The notes beneath the pieces were generated by a model. It was not told where the DNA came from and made no database searches. It worked only from the letters and a program-made list of their open reading frames with translations. Shown here one piece after another: positions 60,735 to 64,000 of a stretch of 64,000 nucleotides of DNA. The position numbers and the translations under genes were made by a program. Location: contig OX597829.1 in assembly GCA_951406725.2 (NCBI GenBank), positions 9,610,001 through 9,674,000 on the forward strand, read 5' to 3'. The DNA comes from Octopus vulgaris. Lineage: Eukaryota. Within the stretch, counting starts at the first letter, position 1, and the number at the start of each line of letters is the position of its first letter.

Positions 60735-60897
60735 ACTCGCGAGAAATAGCATACAATTGTTCCTCAAATCACACAGTGATGTCTTTTAATAAGACATTAT
60801 AATATCTTTCTGCGTTCCTTGCTCGTCGAGAAAAGACAGGATTGTCACGATTGGTGATCTTTTGATCAGAGCTTACCTGAAGTTGAACAACAACAAT
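60735..60897 (-). repeat. Dispersed repeat family D
   Basis: AGAAATAGCA..CCTCAAATCACAC..AAAAGACAGGATTGTCACGATTGG..TTTGATCA..AACAACAAC. Confidence 0.55.
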
Positions 60898-61102
60898 GAA
60901 AGCTTGCAATGAAATCTTTCACTCATAATAGAACATCATTAATGAAACGGGACTAGGAAAATCTAAGAGTATAGGTTGTTTGACAACATAAAATGGCAGT
61001 CCTGGTTTAGGACGAATGTTACTGTAATTTAGCCCCAGGAGACATCATTACAGTCATAAATTCATTTTACTTACAGGTTCGGTTTTGCTAAAGGTGCAGA
61101 AA

Positions 61103-61178
61103 CGGCTATATGATTAAGACATTCGATTCCCAATCATATGATTTCAGGTTCAGTCCCACTGCGTGGCACCTTGACCAA
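61103..61178 (+). mobile_element. SINE family A head fragment
   Basis: GGTTCAGTCCCACTGCGTGGCACCTTGA. Confidence 0.75.
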
Positions 61179-61374
61179 AATATTTTGAGTCGAATAAGTT
61201 TACAGAAATTGTGTAAAATGAAGCACTTAAACGGTTTACTCGATTTGTTAGAATTAGCAGACAGCAGTTCTTTCTCAAACGACATAAGAACCATCTTAAA
61301 AGTGAAAGAACACATTATATTACGTTGTCGCGAAAAAACAAGCAACAACAACAACATCAACAATAATAATAATA

Positions 61375-61587
61375 GTTTCAAATTTTTCCACAAGGGCAGC
61401 CAATTTGGGGGAGGGGATTAGTCGATTACATCGATCTCAGTTTTTTCACTGGTACTTAATTTACTGACCCCATAAGGATGAAAGGCAAAGTCGACCTCGG
61501 GAGAATTTGAACTCAGAACGAAGCGACGGGTGAAATACCGCTAAGTATTTCGTCCAGCGTGCTACCGATTAGGCCAGCTCGCCGCCT

Positions 61588-61588
<1 letters not shown>
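61375..61588 (-). mobile_element. SINE family B, full length
   Basis: GGATGAAAGGCAAAGTCGACCTCGG..ATTTGAACTCAGAACG..GCCAGCTCGCCGCC; (AAT)n at both ends. Confidence 0.9.
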
Positions 61589-61626
<38 letters not shown>

Positions 61627-62340
61627 CAACAACAATTAAATATTGGGATCGTCGCGACCGGAAAGCATTAGATTCTAGTTATGCTCATTCAGGGTCGACC
61701 TGGGGATAAACAAGTCCAATTTTTACTTGGAAAACATAGAATGTTTCATCTTCATTCTGTCGTCCTTCCACCATCTTTTATTTACTTAACCCTGGAGAAA
61801 TCTTTCAACACGTTTTTGTTAGTGTTGCTGTTGTTTCCGGTGTTGGCGGCGACGGCTACGGCGGCGGCGGCGGTACACTTAGTGGTAGTGTTACTAATGT
61901 AGCTGTCGTTGTTGTTGCTTATGATGAGTGATGATGATGCGGAGGAGAAGGAGGAGGAGGAAGACGAAGATCATGATAATGAAAATGTAAACCGTTCGTT
62001 GATTGAGGACGCTTCAGTCGTGACCATCCTGTCTTTTAATAATGCATTACGTTACCTAATGTGTTCTATCTTTCTTAAGACAGTAGAAAGTTATTATTTC
62101 CTGTTGTTTTTGTTGGTATTGCTATTAACGTTGTAGTTTTTGTTGTAGTCGTTCTATTTGCTGCTGTTGTTGTTGTTATCGTCGCCGACGTTGCTGTTTT
62201 TGAATGTTCGTAACCGATTCCAGTTTAGCAGACACCTTTTATTCTTCCAAGTAGTAAATATATCGACGCAAGAAAGTTTCCTCGGAATTTTTTTTACATA
62301 GATTTAGTCTTAAATAAACAATTGGCCATCTCATTGCTAC

Positions 62341-62457
62341 TTTCCGAAGGATAGAAAAGTGAAGTCGGCCTCGACCGGATTTGGACTCAAAACGTCATGG
62401 GAACAAGACAAATCCAGCAGGGCTTTCTGTTAGACGTTCTACCTATTCTGCCAAACC
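62341..62457 (-). mobile_element. SINE family B, diverged 5' part
   Basis: AAGTCGGCCTCGACCGGATTTGGACTCAAAACG..ATTCTGCCA. Confidence 0.6.
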
Positions 62458-62469
62458 AGTTTGGAAGTT

Positions 62470-62670
62470 GTTGTTGTTGTTTAGCCACGCGTGAGCCTCG
62501 ATCGAGCGAATCTAAATCAAAGGCATTCCGTTCTGTCCGTTAGTGATTTATATATATATGAAACATAATCCACCGTGTCCACTTCTAGGACGGTAGTGTG
62601 AGATTTGAAGGAGATTTGGTTATTATTCCTAACAGATTGAGCGAGCGATCGCATAAGGGTTCCCTCCCCT
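62470..62670 (+). repeat. Dispersed repeat family D
   Basis: GTTGTTGTTTAGCC..ATCAAAGGCATTCC..GATTTGAAGGAGATTTGG; reverse complement of the 45890 and 60735 copies. Confidence 0.55.
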
Positions 62671-62694
62671 CTTTCACTCAGGACTCTTAAAGTT

Positions 62695-63020
62695 GGTCAA
62701 TATTAGTGGCTAAATATTTACAGCCAATTGGCTGCAGTGATTGCATAAATGTCCATCAGTGATTCCTTTACGCATTGGTCACGTGATGTCTACGTCATAG
62801 CTGCTCATTTACAGTTAGGAATCTCTTCTCGTACGTACTAGTAACACTCACTTGTGAGTGACCATCTTAATGTATTTTATGGTGGTTACTAGACAATTGT
62901 ACCTTTTTTTCCTTTCTTTTTTATTTTTTTTTTATTTTCTTAGTCAGTGTTCGGTTGCAGCTGGCCGTGTGATTTATTTATAAAACCACCGGCTGGAAGA
63001 GGTTTTATTGGCATCCTTTT
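62695..63020. promoter_or_regulatory. Candidate promoter or enhancer motif cluster
   Basis: Palindromic double CCAAT (CAGCCAATTGGCTG, 62721-34), ATTGG overlapping GTCACGTGA (62774-86), TACGTCA (62791-97), TGATTTAT and TTTTATTGG, all in repeat-free sequence. Confidence 0.3.
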
Positions 63021-63444
63021 TCTAGTACTTCGATAAAATCATAGCCAAGACTATTAACACTCAAAAGATCCAATGCATTCAACTGATAATGTTACGTAGC
63101 ACCGAATAAACAATAGCGTAGTGCTACAAACAGCCAAATCAGCAGCGGCAGGCAGGAACACTAAACAATCGACGAGTGTTTCACTAAACTGCACTGCTGT
63201 TTCAGGTTTTCCAAACCCATCTGAAATATCTTAATAGTCTTCACATCATACTAGTATTTCAGTAAATTCTATCAATGTCACATCGAAGTGGACTCACGAA
63301 TGATAAAGATACAACCTCGTAAATCCGTAACCACTTCATTGTTGCATAATTTTGTTCGACACGCAATGTAAACACCATTGTACATGAAATTAATCTACTG
63401 CAGTAAATCTATATACATATACATATATCTATCTATCTATCTAC

Positions 63445-63550
<106 letters not shown>

Positions 63551-63581
63551 GCCTGCCTCTCTGTCTGTGTCTCTCTCTGTC

Positions 63582-63631
<50 letters not shown>

Positions 63632-64000
63632 CATACATCTATATACATATATATATATATATATGTATATATATTTCTTTGTTTATCTCTCTCCCCCCCT
63701 CTCTCTCTCTCTATATATATATACATACATACATATATATACATAGAGGCATACACAGATCATATGTATGCATATATGTTTATTTATATATTTATGTATG
63801 CATGTGTATATATAGATGTGAAACCACCTCTTATCTACTATTGTTTCTAGATCTACCTCTGGCCCGGTGTAGTAATATTTGTTAGGGCTCCAGCTATGAT
63901 AAACTTTATGTGAGCTACTCTGTATGATGAGTCCCTAGTTCTCACTAGAACTCCCTTCATGGGACAAAGTAAACCTGTATAAAAAGAAAGAACTGCCGGA

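Overview
AT-rich eukaryotic non-coding DNA (intronic or intergenic), dominated by (TA)n, (CA)n, (TACA)n, (GATA)n and (GA)n microsatellites. The repeat content points to an octopus or other coleoid cephalopod; this is my inference from recalled SINE sequences and was not verified. No intact protein-coding gene is supportable: almost all listed ORFs are microsatellite translations. Recognisable elements are about 20 copies or fragments of three tRNA-headed SINE families, a fourth dispersed repeat, two Helentron-type (HINE) non-autonomous elements and a decayed APE+RT LINE (RTE-like) at 44.25-45.08 kb. The main unexpected signal is that many short unique islands embedded in (TA)n tracts carry type I hammerhead ribozyme motifs (CUGANGA / helix II / GAAA / short, often palindromic helix III / NUH). 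One motif has an intact core (2464-2546, minus), one is near-intact (8711-8763) and about six are decayed. Related tail fragments and fold-back inverted duplications accompany them. Together this looks like a population of microsatellite-dwelling, Penelope-derived or retrozyme-like ribozyme elements, alongside a (TA)n-linked process that generates long hairpins.
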